DNA of 64,000 nucleotides from Phycisphaerae bacterium (GTDB lineage Bacteria; Planctomycetota; Phycisphaerae; UBA1845; JAFGLZ01): NCBI GenBank assembly GCA_016927755.1, contig JAFGLZ010000104.1, positions 1,737 to 65,736 of the forward strand, read 5' to 3'. Shown piece by piece: positions 1 to 14,342 of this stretch (position 1 is its first letter; each line of letters starts with the position of its first letter). The notes under the pieces were generated by a model. It saw only the letters and a program-made list of their open reading frames with translations, ran no database searches and was not told where the DNA came from. The position numbers and the translations under genes were made by a program.

Positions 1-56
1 GTGGGCTATTGCCTATCGCCCCTGACGGGGCTTTGCGCGACTCCTGGATTCCACAC

Positions 57-1367
57 CTACAGCAGCTTTGTCTTTCCGGGGATGCAGACGGGGTATTGGC
101 CGTTGGGTCCTAGTTTGACGGGGGGTTCCATGTCCCATCGGCAGTCCTCGGGTTTTGGGGCGTAGTAGAAGTCGCTCTTGACGGCCTGGTCCCAGGTGAC
201 CTCGAGGCCGGTGTAGCAGCTTAGCTGGCCCATGACGGTCGCGAGGGTGCTGTTGGCCATGTGGTAGCCGCTGTTGATGGGCTTGCCGCTTCGGACGGAA
301 TCCAGCAGGGCCTTGATCTCGAGGTCGTAGGGGTTGGCCTTGGGGCCTTCGTATTTCCACTTGGTCTGGCCTTCGATCACGCAGGACAGGAGGTTGGCCC
401 GGCCTTTCGTGCCGTAGATGAGGCTGGAGACTTCGTTGTAGCAGCCGGCGGTCGTCCGGCAGAAGGCGTAGAGCTTCACGCCGTTTGCGAATTCATAGAT
501 GACCGAGTGATGATCGAAGACGTTTCCGTAGATCTCCCCGAACATGGCGGACCGTCCGGCGAGGCCGTGACACTTGACGGGCGTCTGCTCGCGCATGGCC
601 CAGAGCGAGCGATCGACGTTGTGGATGAGCGACTGGGGGACGTCGTCGCCGCTGAGCCAGTTGAAGTGGTACTGGGTGCTGCACTGGAACTGGAGCTCGG
701 TCAGGCCGGGGGCGCGGCGGATGACGCCGTAGGGGGCCCGGAGGAAGTTCTCCTCGATGGTCACGACGTCGCCGATGACGCCGTCGTGGATGCGTTTCAT
801 GGTCTCCTGGTATCCGGGGTCGAAGCGGCTCTGCAGGCCCGAGACGACGCTGAGCTTCTTCTGTTTGGCCAGCTCGCACGCTTGGATGATGACCTTGACG
901 CCGGCGGGGTCGATGGCGTGGGGCTTTTCGACGAAGACGTGCTTTCCCGCCTCGATGGCGGTCTTTGCGTGGAGGGGGTGGAACTTGGCGGCGTTGGCGA
1001 TCAGGACGACGTCGCAGCAGTCGATGACCTTTCGGAATCCGTCGAAGTCGGTGAAGCATCGGTCGTCGGGGACGTCGACCTGGTCTGGCTTGGCGTCCTT
1101 GATGGCCTTGCGTTTGGCGTGGATGCGGTCGAGGAAGAGGTCGCACATGGCGACGAGCTTGGCGCCGCGGTCGACGCTGAGGGCGTTGACGACGGCGCCT
1201 GCACCGCGTCCACCGCAGCCGACGACGCCGATCTTGATGACGTCGTTGCCGGCGGCGTGGGCGCCGACGTTCATGGCGAGGGTGCCGAGGGCGGCTCCGG
1301 AGGCGGAGGTCTTGAGGAAGTCGCGTCGCGAGACGGCGGACGTCGAGTGCGCGGTTGATCGCTTCAT
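57..1367 (-). CDS. Gfo/Idh/MocA-family NAD(P)-dependent oxidoreductase with Tat signal peptide
   Basis: Twin-arginine leader SRRDFLKTSASGAALGTLA. Rossmann motif IGVVGCGGRGAG. Start trimmed from the ORF-track start (1406) to the ATG at 1367, which has AAGGAG about 8 nt upstream. Confidence 0.85.
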   Translation of the reverse strand: MKRSTAHSTSAVSRRDFLKTSASGAALGTLAMNVGAHAAGNDVIKIGVVGCGGRGAGAVVNALSVDRGAKLVAMCDLFLDRIHAKRKAIKDAKPDQVDVPDDRCFTDFDGFRKVIDCCDVVLIANAAKFHPLHAKTAIEAGKHVFVEKPHAIDPAGVKVIIQACELAKQKKLSVVSGLQSRFDPGYQETMKRIHDGVIGDVVTIEENFLRAPYGVIRRAPGLTELQFQCSTQYHFNWLSGDDVPQSLIHNVDRSLWAMREQTPVKCHGLAGRSAMFGEIYGNVFDHHSVIYEFANGVKLYAFCRTTAGCYNEVSSLIYGTKGRANLLSCVIEGQTKWKYEGPKANPYDLEIKALLDSVRSGKPINSGYHMANSTLATVMGQLSCYTGLEVTWDQAVKSDFYYAPKPEDCRWDMEPPVKLGPNGQYPVCIPGKTKLL

Positions 1368-1438
1368 TTCGAGATTCTCCTTTGTGGTGGCGCCGGAATG
1401 GCGCACTCAGTCTAGTTTCGGGGGGTTGCTTGTCAATT

Positions 1439-1489
1439 GGGGGGAGGGGTAGCAGGGCCTAGGGTCTAGGGCATAGGGCATAGGGTCTG
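1439..1489 (+). repeat. G-tract array ending in four exact-period 7-nt units (NNTAGGG)
   Basis: Reads GGGGGGaGGGGtagcaGGG, then cctaggg tctaggg cataggg cataggg. Lies in the divergent intergenic region between the oxidoreductase (minus) and the GH27 gene (plus). Confidence 0.8.
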
Positions 1490-1641
1490 CTCGTTGGTTG
1501 GACGGACGCTGTGAGGTCGATAGCGCACTTTCTGCCCGAACCGCGGGATGCACCAGGGGTGGGTCATTGGGGGTTTCTTGCTGTTGCCGGGGATCGCCGG
1601 TCAGTAGGATACGGCGTGCGATCATTACAGGAGTGACTCTG

Positions 1642-3612
1642 ATGATTAGGGCGATACGCGATGTGGCGAGATGGGCGTCGGTCGTGCTGGCAGGCGGAGT
1701 TGTTTCGACGTGCGCGGCGGGGCAGGCGCCGCTATCGTCGTTGGACCTGACCAAGATGTCCTGCGGGTGGGGCAAGGCGCTCGCGGACAAATCGGTCGAG
1801 GGCAAGCCGATGTCGATCGGGGGGCGGAAGTTCGAGCGGGGCGTGGGCGCGCATGCGCCGGGGGCGTTGTGGATTCGCGTGAACGGGGCGCGGCGGTTCT
1901 CGAGTTGGGTCGGCGTGGACGATGAGACGGCTGGTAAGGGAACGGTCCGCTTCATGGTCTACGGCGACGGCAGGCGGCTCTTTGACAGCGGCATCATGAA
2001 GGGCGGGGATTCGGCCAAGCGGATCGACGTCGAGGTTGGCGGGCTTCGGTATCTGCTGCTGGCGACCACTTCGGCGGGGGACGGGCGGAGCTACGATCAC
2101 ACGGACTGGGCGGAGGCGAGTTTTGCGGTCGAGGGCGCGGCGCCCACGGCGAGCGAGGCGCCGGCGGAGGAGAAGGTCATCCTGACGCCTGCCCCCGGGC
2201 CGAAGCCTCGGGTCAACGGCCCGAGGGTTTACGGGGTTCGGCCGGGGCGGCCGTTGTTGTATCGGATTCCGTGCACGGGCGAGCGGCCGATGCGATTCGG
2301 CGTCGACGGTTTGCCGGCGGGGCTGGAGGTGGATCGGGACTCGGGGATCATCCGCGGGAAGGCGCCCGAACGGCCGGGCGAGTATCCGATGGCGCTCAAG
2401 GCCGTCAATCGGCACGGATCGACCTCGCGCATGTTTACGATCGTCGTGGGCGAGACGCTGGCGCTGGCGCCTCCGATGGGGTGGAACAGTTGGTACATTC
2501 ACTACAACCGAGTGACGGACGCGGACATGCGGGCGGCGGCCGACGCGATGATCGGCACGGGCATGGCCGAGTTTGGCTATCAGTACGTCAACATCGACGA
2601 CTGCTGGATGAAGAAGAAGGGGGACGAGCCCTACCGCGACAAGGGCGGCGCGGTTCTGCCCAACGCGAAGTTCCCCGACATGACGGCGATGTGTGATTAC
2701 ATTCACGACAAGGGGCTGAAGGCGGGGCTGTATACCTCGCCGGGGCCGTGGACGTGCGCGGGGTACGTGGGGGCGTACAAGCACGAGGAGACGGACGCCA
2801 GGAAATTCGCGGAGTGGGGGTTCGATTTTCTGAAGTATGACTGGTGCTCTTACAGCGGGGTGGCCAAGCGGAGGGATCTCGAGCAGTTGAAGAGGCCTTA
2901 TCAGCAGATGGGCGACATTCTCAAGACGCTCGATCGGGACATCGTGCTGAACTTGTGTCAGTACGGGATGGGCGAGGTGTGGAAGTGGGGGGGGCAGGTG
3001 GGCGGGAATTGCTGGCGAACGACGGGCGACCTTGGGTTGGAGGCGGGCGGGCGATTGCCGGGGTGCTACAGCATCGGGTTGAGCAACGCGCGGCATTACG
3101 AGTACGCCAAGCCGGGGCAGTGGAACGATCCGGACTATATCCTGATCGGCTGGGTCGGCAACGCGCGGGGCATGGGCGAGGGGAAGCCCACGACGCTGAC
3201 GGGCAGCGAGCAATACGGGTACATGTCGATGTGGTCTCTGATGGCGGCGCCGCTGATCTTCTCGGGGGACATGACGAAGCTGGACGCCTTCACGCTCAAC
3301 GTGCTGTGCAACGCCGAGGTGATCGAGGTGAACCAGGACACGTTGGGCAAGCAGGCGCGGATCGTCAAGCAGACGGACGAGGTGTTGATCCTGGCCAAGC
3401 CGCTGGACGACGGGAGCGTGGCGGTGGGGGTGTTCAACCTCGACGAGTTCGAGCAGGAGCTTTGCGTTACGTGGTCGGAGCTGGGTATTGAGGGGCCGCG
3501 GATCGCGCGGGACTTGTGGCGCCAGAAGGATCTGGGGCGGGTCGAGGGGAAGTTCTCGGCGAAGGCGCCGAGGCACGGGGTGGCGATGGTTCGGTTGCGG
3601 GCATTGCGATGA
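1642..3612 (+). CDS. GH27 alpha-galactosidase with N-terminal NPCBM-like domain and Ig-like domain
   Basis: NPCBM-like block: SIGGRKFERGVGAHAPG ... VGVDDE ... DHTDWAEA. GH27 core: PPMGWNSWY, YVNIDDCWM, FLKYDWC. Start moved to the ATG at 1642 (MIRAIRDV..., hydrophobic leader), which has AGGAG upstream. The ORF-track start at 1498 is a TTG. Confidence 0.85.
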   Translation: MIRAIRDVARWASVVLAGGVVSTCAAGQAPLSSLDLTKMSCGWGKALADKSVEGKPMSIGGRKFERGVGAHAPGALWIRVNGARRFSSWVGVDDETAGKGTVRFMVYGDGRRLFDSGIMKGGDSAKRIDVEVGGLRYLLLATTSAGDGRSYDHTDWAEASFAVEGAAPTASEAPAEEKVILTPAPGPKPRVNGPRVYGVRPGRPLLYRIPCTGERPMRFGVDGLPAGLEVDRDSGIIRGKAPERPGEYPMALKAVNRHGSTSRMFTIVVGETLALAPPMGWNSWYIHYNRVTDADMRAAADAMIGTGMAEFGYQYVNIDDCWMKKKGDEPYRDKGGAVLPNAKFPDMTAMCDYIHDKGLKAGLYTSPGPWTCAGYVGAYKHEETDARKFAEWGFDFLKYDWCSYSGVAKRRDLEQLKRPYQQMGDILKTLDRDIVLNLCQYGMGEVWKWGGQVGGNCWRTTGDLGLEAGGRLPGCYSIGLSNARHYEYAKPGQWNDPDYILIGWVGNARGMGEGKPTTLTGSEQYGYMSMWSLMAAPLIFSGDMTKLDAFTLNVLCNAEVIEVNQDTLGKQARIVKQTDEVLILAKPLDDGSVAVGVFNLDEFEQELCVTWSELGIEGPRIARDLWRQKDLGRVEGKFSAKAPRHGVAMVRLRALR

Positions 3613-3689
3613 GGTGTGGCGACGCGTAGGCCCGGGAGGCCAGGTGACGCCCAAGGCTCGTAGCCTACGCACGCCAAAGGAGACGTCGC

Positions 3690-3977
3690 ATGTCAAGCGT
3701 GACCGTCGCGGAGGCCAGGAAGCGGCTGTATCGGCTCCTGGACGAGGTCAACGAGTCGCACGAGCCGCTTCAGATTCTCGGGAAGCGTGGAAACGCGGTT
3801 CTGGTGTCAGAGGAGGATTGGCGAAGCATCCAGGAGGCGCTGTACCTGCTCTCGATCCAGGGCATGAGAGAGTCGATCGTCCGGGGCATCAGGACGCCTG
3901 TCGAGAAGTGCGCTGAAGTGCTCCGCTGGCGAGTTGCACGTTGGCCCACCAAGCCCTGGAGGGTATCAAGACGGTGA
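3690..3977 (+). CDS. Phd/YefM-family type II antitoxin with an aberrant C-terminal extension
   Basis: MSSVTVAEARKRLYRLLDEV ... PLQILGKRGNAVLVSEEDWRSIQEALYLLSIQGMRESIVRGIRTPVEKC is a typical YefM/Phd layout. AAGGAG RBS upstream. The last ~17 codons (RVARWPTKPWRVSRR) read into the toxin remnant in another frame. Confidence 0.8.
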   Translation: MSSVTVAEARKRLYRLLDEVNESHEPLQILGKRGNAVLVSEEDWRSIQEALYLLSIQGMRESIVRGIRTPVEKCAEVLRWRVARWPTKPWRVSRR

Positions 3978-4009
3978 AGGTCATTCGCATGTGGACGCAC
4001 TACGATTAG
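3917..4009 (+). pseudogene. C-terminal remnant of a YoeB/Txe-family toxin gene
   Basis: A 30-codon frame following an in-frame TGA (3914-3916) reads SAPLASCTLAHQALEGIKTVKVIRMWTHYD*. The tail LxxQxLE...VKVxRMWTHY[DE]* matches my recollection of YoeB/Txe C-termini. No start codon and no N-terminal ~60 codons are present. Confidence 0.6.
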
Positions 4010-4107
4010 TCCGTGGGCGCGTTCGCGGGGCTGGTCATCTCCTGATCGCACATCTTGCTGATCTCAGGTCGTGGCGCTGAATGCCTCGCGTTCGGCGTGG
4101 CTTCACG

Positions 4108-5754
4108 TCAGCCCGGGCGGCGCGCGGGGCGGGTCTTTGTCTTGACGAATCGTCCTGCGAGTCGGGCGAAGGTCAGGAGCATCAGCACGGTGGCCAGGGG
4201 CAGGGCGGCTCCGGCGCCGCCGCACTTGAAGACGGCCACGACGGACTTGTCGGCGTCCATGGTGATCGTCAGTGGGTTGTCGGTGCTGACCCCGCCGGGC
4301 ACGTCGCCTTCCCAATGGTCGAAGGTTCTTCCGTCGACCGGTGTGGCGGTCAACTGAACGGTCCGGCCTTCGAAGTACTCCGGGCCTTCGACGTCGGTCG
4401 TGACGGATCCCCAGAGGCCATTGACGTATCCGATCGTGAGGACCTTTGCGTTTCGGGGGACCTCACCGGAGTCACCGGTCAGGGCATCTCCGTAGACGAG
4501 ATTCATGGACAGGTAGAAGGCGTTGCAGCTCAGGCCCTCGATCCGGCCGTCGCCGTCGTTGTCGACGAAGCGATCGTTGTTGAGGATGGCGGTCAGCTCC
4601 GACTCGGTCGGCTCGGGGATGCTCGTTCCGTAGAACGCGTTGATGGCCCGGATGAAGGCCATGGCGGTCAGCGCGTGGCCGATGTCGCTCATGTGCACGG
4701 TGTCGGTGCTCATGATGCTGGCCCGCGGCTTGCCGAGGTTGTTGACGAAGACCTCGGCGTTGATGCGCCAGCCGTTGACGCGAAACGCCCCCGAGGTGAT
4801 CTCGGGCATTTGGATGGGGCTTTCGGCGACGGCGAAGGGGTGATTGGGGTCGGCGGCCAGCGAGCGGATGGTGTTGTTGTAGCCGGCGATCTGATCGTTG
4901 ATGTACTGGATCTCGGCGGGGGTGTAGTAGTTTCGGTCGTCCGTAAGCATTTCCGGGGTCCACTCGGGCAGGAGCCCGGTGTAGATGGCGGCCGCGATGA
5001 TGTAGTCGGTGTAGCAGCCGTCGGGCATCGGATTCGGCCCGATGAAGTCGGTGAGCTGCTGTTTGCTCAGGAGTCCGGGGACGTCGGGCAGGACCGGCAT
5101 GGTGCCGAAGCAGATCCCCCGGCCGGGCTGGTAGAGCGCGTGGATGACGACTTCGTAGTCGCGGAGGAAGAGGTCCTGCGGTCTCATGCCGCTGCCGTCG
5201 AGCGGCTCGACCTCTTCGACGAAGGGGATGTTTTCCATGACGGTGCCCTTGGCCATGACCTTGTTCATGTAGTCGTTGGCCCCGAGATAGCCCACGACGA
5301 AGGTCGGATTGTCGGACACCACGGCCGACAGCAGCGACTCGCCCCACCTCGGGGCGAGGACGAGGTTGATGTGGTTCCAGTCCCAGCCGAAGACGTACCA
5401 GGGGAGCTCCTCGCACGTCTTCATGTAGGTGTCGTCGACGCTCACGCCGTTGAAGGCCATGACGTGCGCATACTGGTAGTCGGGGTAGTCGACGCGGCGC
5501 TGGTTGCCGATGAGGGTCATTTCCTCCAATAGCGGCAGGTAGAGCGTCGTGCCCATCTGGCGGGCCAGGATCGCCGGCCAGGATCTAGGTTGGTTTCGTT
5601 CGTCCGAGATCATCCCGCCCTGCGTGCCGATGGTCAGGCTGTCGCCGAGCGCTCGAAGACGCTCGAAGCTGACCGGCTGGGCGAGGGCGATCTGACCCAT
5701 GGACGCCGATGCGACAAGAGCTCCCGTAATCGTGCGAATGTAACTCATCGTCAT
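4108..5754 (-). CDS. Secreted SGNH/GDSL-like hydrolase with a C-terminal B-repeat-like domain and a hydrophobic sorting-signal-like tail
   Basis: Signal peptide TGALVASASMGQIALAQP. GDS(L) block LRALGDSLTIG. C-terminus FDHWEGDVPGG...VVAVFKCGGAGAALPLATVLMLLTFARLAGRFVKTKTRPARRPG. Start set to the ATG at 5754, which has GAGGAGGG upstream. Confidence 0.65.
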   Translation of the reverse strand: MTMSYIRTITGALVASASMGQIALAQPVSFERLRALGDSLTIGTQGGMISDERNQPRSWPAILARQMGTTLYLPLLEEMTLIGNQRRVDYPDYQYAHVMAFNGVSVDDTYMKTCEELPWYVFGWDWNHINLVLAPRWGESLLSAVVSDNPTFVVGYLGANDYMNKVMAKGTVMENIPFVEEVEPLDGSGMRPQDLFLRDYEVVIHALYQPGRGICFGTMPVLPDVPGLLSKQQLTDFIGPNPMPDGCYTDYIIAAAIYTGLLPEWTPEMLTDDRNYYTPAEIQYINDQIAGYNNTIRSLAADPNHPFAVAESPIQMPEITSGAFRVNGWRINAEVFVNNLGKPRASIMSTDTVHMSDIGHALTAMAFIRAINAFYGTSIPEPTESELTAILNNDRFVDNDGDGRIEGLSCNAFYLSMNLVYGDALTGDSGEVPRNAKVLTIGYVNGLWGSVTTDVEGPEYFEGRTVQLTATPVDGRTFDHWEGDVPGGVSTDNPLTITMDADKSVVAVFKCGGAGAALPLATVLMLLTFARLAGRFVKTKTRPARRPG

Positions 5755-6138
5755 GCCCTCCTCGCGCTGAGTTCGTGAAATCATTGGCCATATGAAGCCG
5801 CCTGGGAATGCACCTTTATCAATAACCTATTTCCGCGCAAGAGGTCAAGGCCGTGGGGCACAAGGGAGTCTCCGACCATCTCGAACGGCGAGCCGGCGCG
5901 GCCGCGGCGCGCGGGCGCCTCTAGGTTGCCGACGAGCGGGGCTGTGTGACGTGCTTCGGCAGGCGACCGGTTCGTGAGGGGGCAAGTGCGAACCGTGCGA
6001 GATCAGGTTCCGGGCATGCGGCGGGGGGCGTAGCATGGGCATCTTGTCCATGAACGATCACGGGCGAGAGGCCCGTGCCACGACGGCGCGAGTATACGCA
6101 CGGTCGTTGGGGCTTGCGCGGCGGATGGTCGGGCGCGG

Positions 6139-7558
6139 TTACTTCTCTTTGAGCCAGGTATCGATCGCGGCGGCGGCGAGGCGGCCGTCGTTGATGGCGC
6201 GAACCACGAGCGATGCGCCTTTGACGGTGTCGCCGGCGGCGAAGACGCCTGTCTCGCTGGTCATGTAGTCCTTCACCACGACGTTGCCGCGCGGGTCGAG
6301 CTGGAGGCCGAGCTGTTCGACGAAGCCCTTGTGTACGACGTGCACGAACCCCATGGCCAGCAGGACGAGGTCGACCTTCATGCTGAATTCGGAGCCGGGC
6401 CGCTCGCGCATCTCCATGCCGTTTGGTCCGGCCACCCAGTCGACCTCGCAGGCGTGGAGCTCGGTGGCCAGATCGCCCTCGCCGGCGAGATGCTTCGTGA
6501 GCACGCTCCATCGGCGCCGGCAGCCCTCTTCTTGCGAGGACGAGGTCCGCAGGATTTGCGGCCACATCGGCCACGGGGTGTTAGGGTTGGCGCCTTCCGG
6601 CGGCATGGGGAGGATCTCGAACTGGTGGACTTCCTTTGCGCCCTGTCGCAGGGACGTGCCGATGCAGTCGCTGCCCGTGTCGCCGCCGCCGATGACGACG
6701 ACGATCTTGTCTTTTGCGACGATGGGCTCGGCGAGCGGTGACTCGTCGAAGTCGCCGGCCACACGATGATTTTGCCGCGACAGGAAATTCATGGCATAGA
6801 CGACGTTCTTGAACTCGGCGCCTGGAACCGTCAGCGGCCGGGGGGCGCCGGCCCCCATGGTCAGGCAGATCGCGTCGAACATCTTACGGAGGTAGCGTCC
6901 GGAGATGTCATCGCCGACGAGGACGCCGGTCTCGAACTTGACGCCCTCGGCCGAGAGTTGAGCCAGGCGGCGGTCGAGGATGCGTTTGTCCAGCTTGAAG
7001 TCGGGGATGCCGTATCGCAGGAGCCCGCCGACCCGATCGTCCTTCTCGAAGACGGTGACCTTGTGCCCCGCGCGGGCGAGCTGCTGGGCGGCGGCCAGGC
7101 CTGCCGGTCCTGATCCGACGACGGCGGCCCTGCGACCCGTCTGGCGCGGCGCCGGCATCGGTTTGACCCAGCCCTCGGCAAAGGCGCGCTCGGCGATTTG
7201 GTACTCGATGTGCTTGATCAGGACGGGATCGCGATTGATGCTCAGCGTGCATGCGGGCTCGCATGGGGCGGGGCAGACGCGCCCGGTGATCTCCGGGAAG
7301 TTGTTCGTGGAGTGCAGGTTCTCGGACGCCTCGCGCCATTTGCCCCGGTAGACCAGGTCGTTGAACTCCGGGATGCGGTTCATCACGGGGCATCCGGCGC
7401 TGTGACAGAACGGGACGCCACAATCCATGCATCGAGCCGCTTGGCGGATGAGCGTCTCCAGCGGGTGCGGCAGATCGAGTTCGCCGTAGTCGCCAAGACG
7501 CTCGGTCACCGAGCGATGCCCGATGTCCTCGCGTTCGAATTCCATAAACCCCGTCGGC

Positions 7559-7566
<8 letters not shown>
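6139..7566 (-). CDS. gltD: Glutamate synthase (NADPH) small subunit
   Basis: N-terminal Fe-S cysteine clusters ([18 protein letters not shown]). FAD/NAD motifs [12 protein letters not shown] and [11 protein letters not shown]. Overlaps the stop of gltB by 8 nt. Confidence 0.95.
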
Positions 7567-12145
<4,579 letters not shown>

Positions 12146-12314
12146 GGCTCGGCGGCGACGGCTGCCGGGCCCCGCGCTCGCCCCGGCCCGCTTCTAATGA
12201 TCATAGCACTTTCGCCGGCGGTGTCTTCCCTTGTGGGATGATTCGGGGGGTTCTTCTCTTTCCGGCTGACTGACAGCAATGCGCGTGCCGGCGGACGCGG
12301 CACGCCCCTGGCCG

Positions 12315-13079
12315 TCAGGGCGCCGGCTCCCGCAAGGAAGCGACAAGGCGCTTGCATGCCTGGTAGTAGATGGCCGTGTCGACGGACAGGGCGACGAATT
12401 GGACCCCGAGTCGGATCCACTTGCGGGCGGTCTCGACGTCGTCGGCGTAGATGCCGACGTGGCGGTCGGCGCTTCTGACCTTCTCGACGATGCGCTCCAC
12501 CGCGCTGATGACCTCGGGATGATTGATCTCGCCGGGGACGCCCAGCGATTGGGACAGGTCGTACGGCCCGACGAAGATGACGTCGCTGCCGGGCACGGCC
12601 AGGATCTCGTCCAGGTTGCGTATCCCCTCGGCCCCTTCGATCTGCAGGGCCAGCAGCGTGGTCTCATTGGCCTTTTTCAGGTACTCCTGTTTCGGCATGT
12701 GTCCGAATTGCGCGGCGCGGGCGTAGATGTCCATGCCGCGCTGGCCCTGTGGGCCGAAGCGCGAGAACCGGATCACGCTCTGAGCCATTTCCGCGGAGTC
12801 CACGTGGGGCACCACCAGCCCGGCCGCGCCCTTGTCCAGCGGACGGATGATGGAGTGCTCGGTGATCGCCTCGACGCGGACGATGGGCGCCAGCCCGACG
12901 TGGTCGGCGGCGAGGACGTGGTGCTCGAGGGCCTCGTACGAGAGAGGCCCATGCTCCATGTCGAGGATCACGAAGTCGAGTCCGGCGTGCCCCGTCACCT
13001 CGATGATGGCCGAGCTGCCGGTCTTGAGGAACGGTCCGACACAGAAGTCGCCCGCTCGCATTTTGTCCTTGAGATTCAT
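12315..13079 (-). CDS. HpcH/HpaI-family (class II) 2-keto-3-deoxy-acid aldolase
   Basis: MNLKDKMRAGDFCVGPFLKTGSSAIIEVTGHAGLDFVILDMEHGP ... LALQIEGAEG ... IFVGPYDLSQSLG is a typical HpcH/HpaI aldolase layout. Confidence 0.8.
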   Translation of the reverse strand: MNLKDKMRAGDFCVGPFLKTGSSAIIEVTGHAGLDFVILDMEHGPLSYEALEHHVLAADHVGLAPIVRVEAITEHSIIRPLDKGAAGLVVPHVDSAEMAQSVIRFSRFGPQGQRGMDIYARAAQFGHMPKQEYLKKANETTLLALQIEGAEGIRNLDEILAVPGSDVIFVGPYDLSQSLGVPGEINHPEVISAVERIVEKVRSADRHVGIYADDVETARKWIRLGVQFVALSVDTAIYYQACKRLVASLREPAP

Positions 13080-13082
13080 CGA

Positions 13083-14117
13083 TTACTCCTCAGGGTGTAG
13101 TAGGACCTTGAGCTCTTTCCTGGCGATCACGCCCTCGAACGCCTCCTCCCACCGGCTCAGCGGCAGTCGGTTCGTGATGAGCGGACGGAGGTCGACCAGG
13201 TCCTGCTCGAGAAACCGTAGGGTACGCTCCCAGGTCTGCCAGGTGTGGCACATGGACCCCTGCAGGTGGATCTGCTTGACCACCACCTTGTCGAGGTCCA
13301 TCTGAAGCGGCTTGCCGAAGAGGCCCACCTGCGTGTAGCGTCCCATCTTCCTGACGATATCCAGACACAGCTCCGCCGAGGCGGGCGCGCCGGAGCACTC
13401 GAACACGACGTCCGGCCCGTAGCCTTGCGTGAGATCCTGGATTGCCCGCCGCGGGTCGTCGGTTTCGACGTTCACGACGTTGTCCGCCCCGAGCCGTTTG
13501 GCGACGGCCATTCGGTCGGCGTCGCCGGAGGTGCCCAGAAGGACGACTCGGGCGCCGCGGCTCTTGGCGAGCATGGCGCACATGATGCCGATCGGGCCCG
13601 GCCCGGAGACGACGACGATCTCGCCGGGCTCGATCAGGGTAAGCTCGACGACGGCCTGCAGGGCGCACGCGAACGGCTCGCAGAGCGCGCCGGTCTCGAA
13701 ATCGAGGTTCTCCGGGAGACGGAAGACGATCTCCTGGCGGACCCGGCAGTACTTGGCGAAGCCGCCGTTCATCCCGCTGCCGACGGCCGAGCGGTCGATG
13801 CAGAAGAAGGGCGCGCCGATTCGGCAGTATCGGCAGTTCCCGCAGAGCTGCCCCGCCGAGGGGTTCACCGTCACGCGATCTCCGACCGCACAGCGCGTTA
13901 CGCCGGGCCCCACCTCGACGATGGTGCCGCAGAGCTCGTGGCCGAGGATCACCGGCGGCTTGATCACGTATTCGCTCTTGTAGATGTGGATGTCCGTTCC
14001 GCAGACGCCCGCGTTGTGGACCTCGATGACCACGTGGCCGGGTCCGGCTTGGGGCTCCGGCACGTCGATGAGCTCGACGTTGCCGGGTTCGGGACGGGTC
14101 TTGACGACTGCTTTCAC
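13083..14117 (-). CDS. Zinc-dependent medium-chain alcohol/polyol dehydrogenase (sorbitol or threonine dehydrogenase-like)
   Basis: Catalytic Zn motif GVCGTDIH...GHELCG. Structural Zn cysteines CGNCRYCRIGAPFFC. Rossmann motif VVSGPGPIG. Confidence 0.85.
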   Translation of the reverse strand: MKAVVKTRPEPGNVELIDVPEPQAGPGHVVIEVHNAGVCGTDIHIYKSEYVIKPPVILGHELCGTIVEVGPGVTRCAVGDRVTVNPSAGQLCGNCRYCRIGAPFFCIDRSAVGSGMNGGFAKYCRVRQEIVFRLPENLDFETGALCEPFACALQAVVELTLIEPGEIVVVSGPGPIGIMCAMLAKSRGARVVLLGTSGDADRMAVAKRLGADNVVNVETDDPRRAIQDLTQGYGPDVVFECSGAPASAELCLDIVRKMGRYTQVGLFGKPLQMDLDKVVVKQIHLQGSMCHTWQTWERTLRFLEQDLVDLRPLITNRLPLSRWEEAFEGVIARKELKVLLHPEE

Positions 14118-14342
14118 AGATTCAGCTCCTTCTTGGGCCGCGACGGACCGTTCTCGCCAACCGCGACAGGCAACTCCAAGCCGGCACGCGGAACGAGGGC
14201 ACTCCAGGAGAACACTTCCGGCAGATCGTTCTCAGCATTCGGGGAGGCAAGATCAGGGCCGCACCAACAGCGAGACGCGTTTCCGATCACGCCGGCATCC
14301 CGGCAGTCGCGTATTGTGGATGGGCAAGGGCCAAAGCTGATC

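Noticed and set aside
261-1358. Long antisense or alternative-frame ORFs overlapping real genes throughout the window. Examples: 261..1358(+), 1732..3696(-), 4081..5532(+), 10421..11755(+), 21792..23828(+), 25146..26801(+), 33895..35853(-), 37023..38669(-), 56310..58235(+).
   Set aside because: Their translations are Arg/Pro/Gly/Ala/Asp-rich low-complexity strings with no recognisable motifs. Each overlaps a strongly supported gene on another frame or strand. Stop-poor antisense frames are expected at this GC content.
12281-12303. Hairpin GCGTGCCG-gcggacg-CGGCACGC downstream of the aldolase gene, considered as a terminator.
   Set aside because: No U-tract follows on the minus strand, and gltB transcription must start in the same region. 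There is insufficient evidence to call it.
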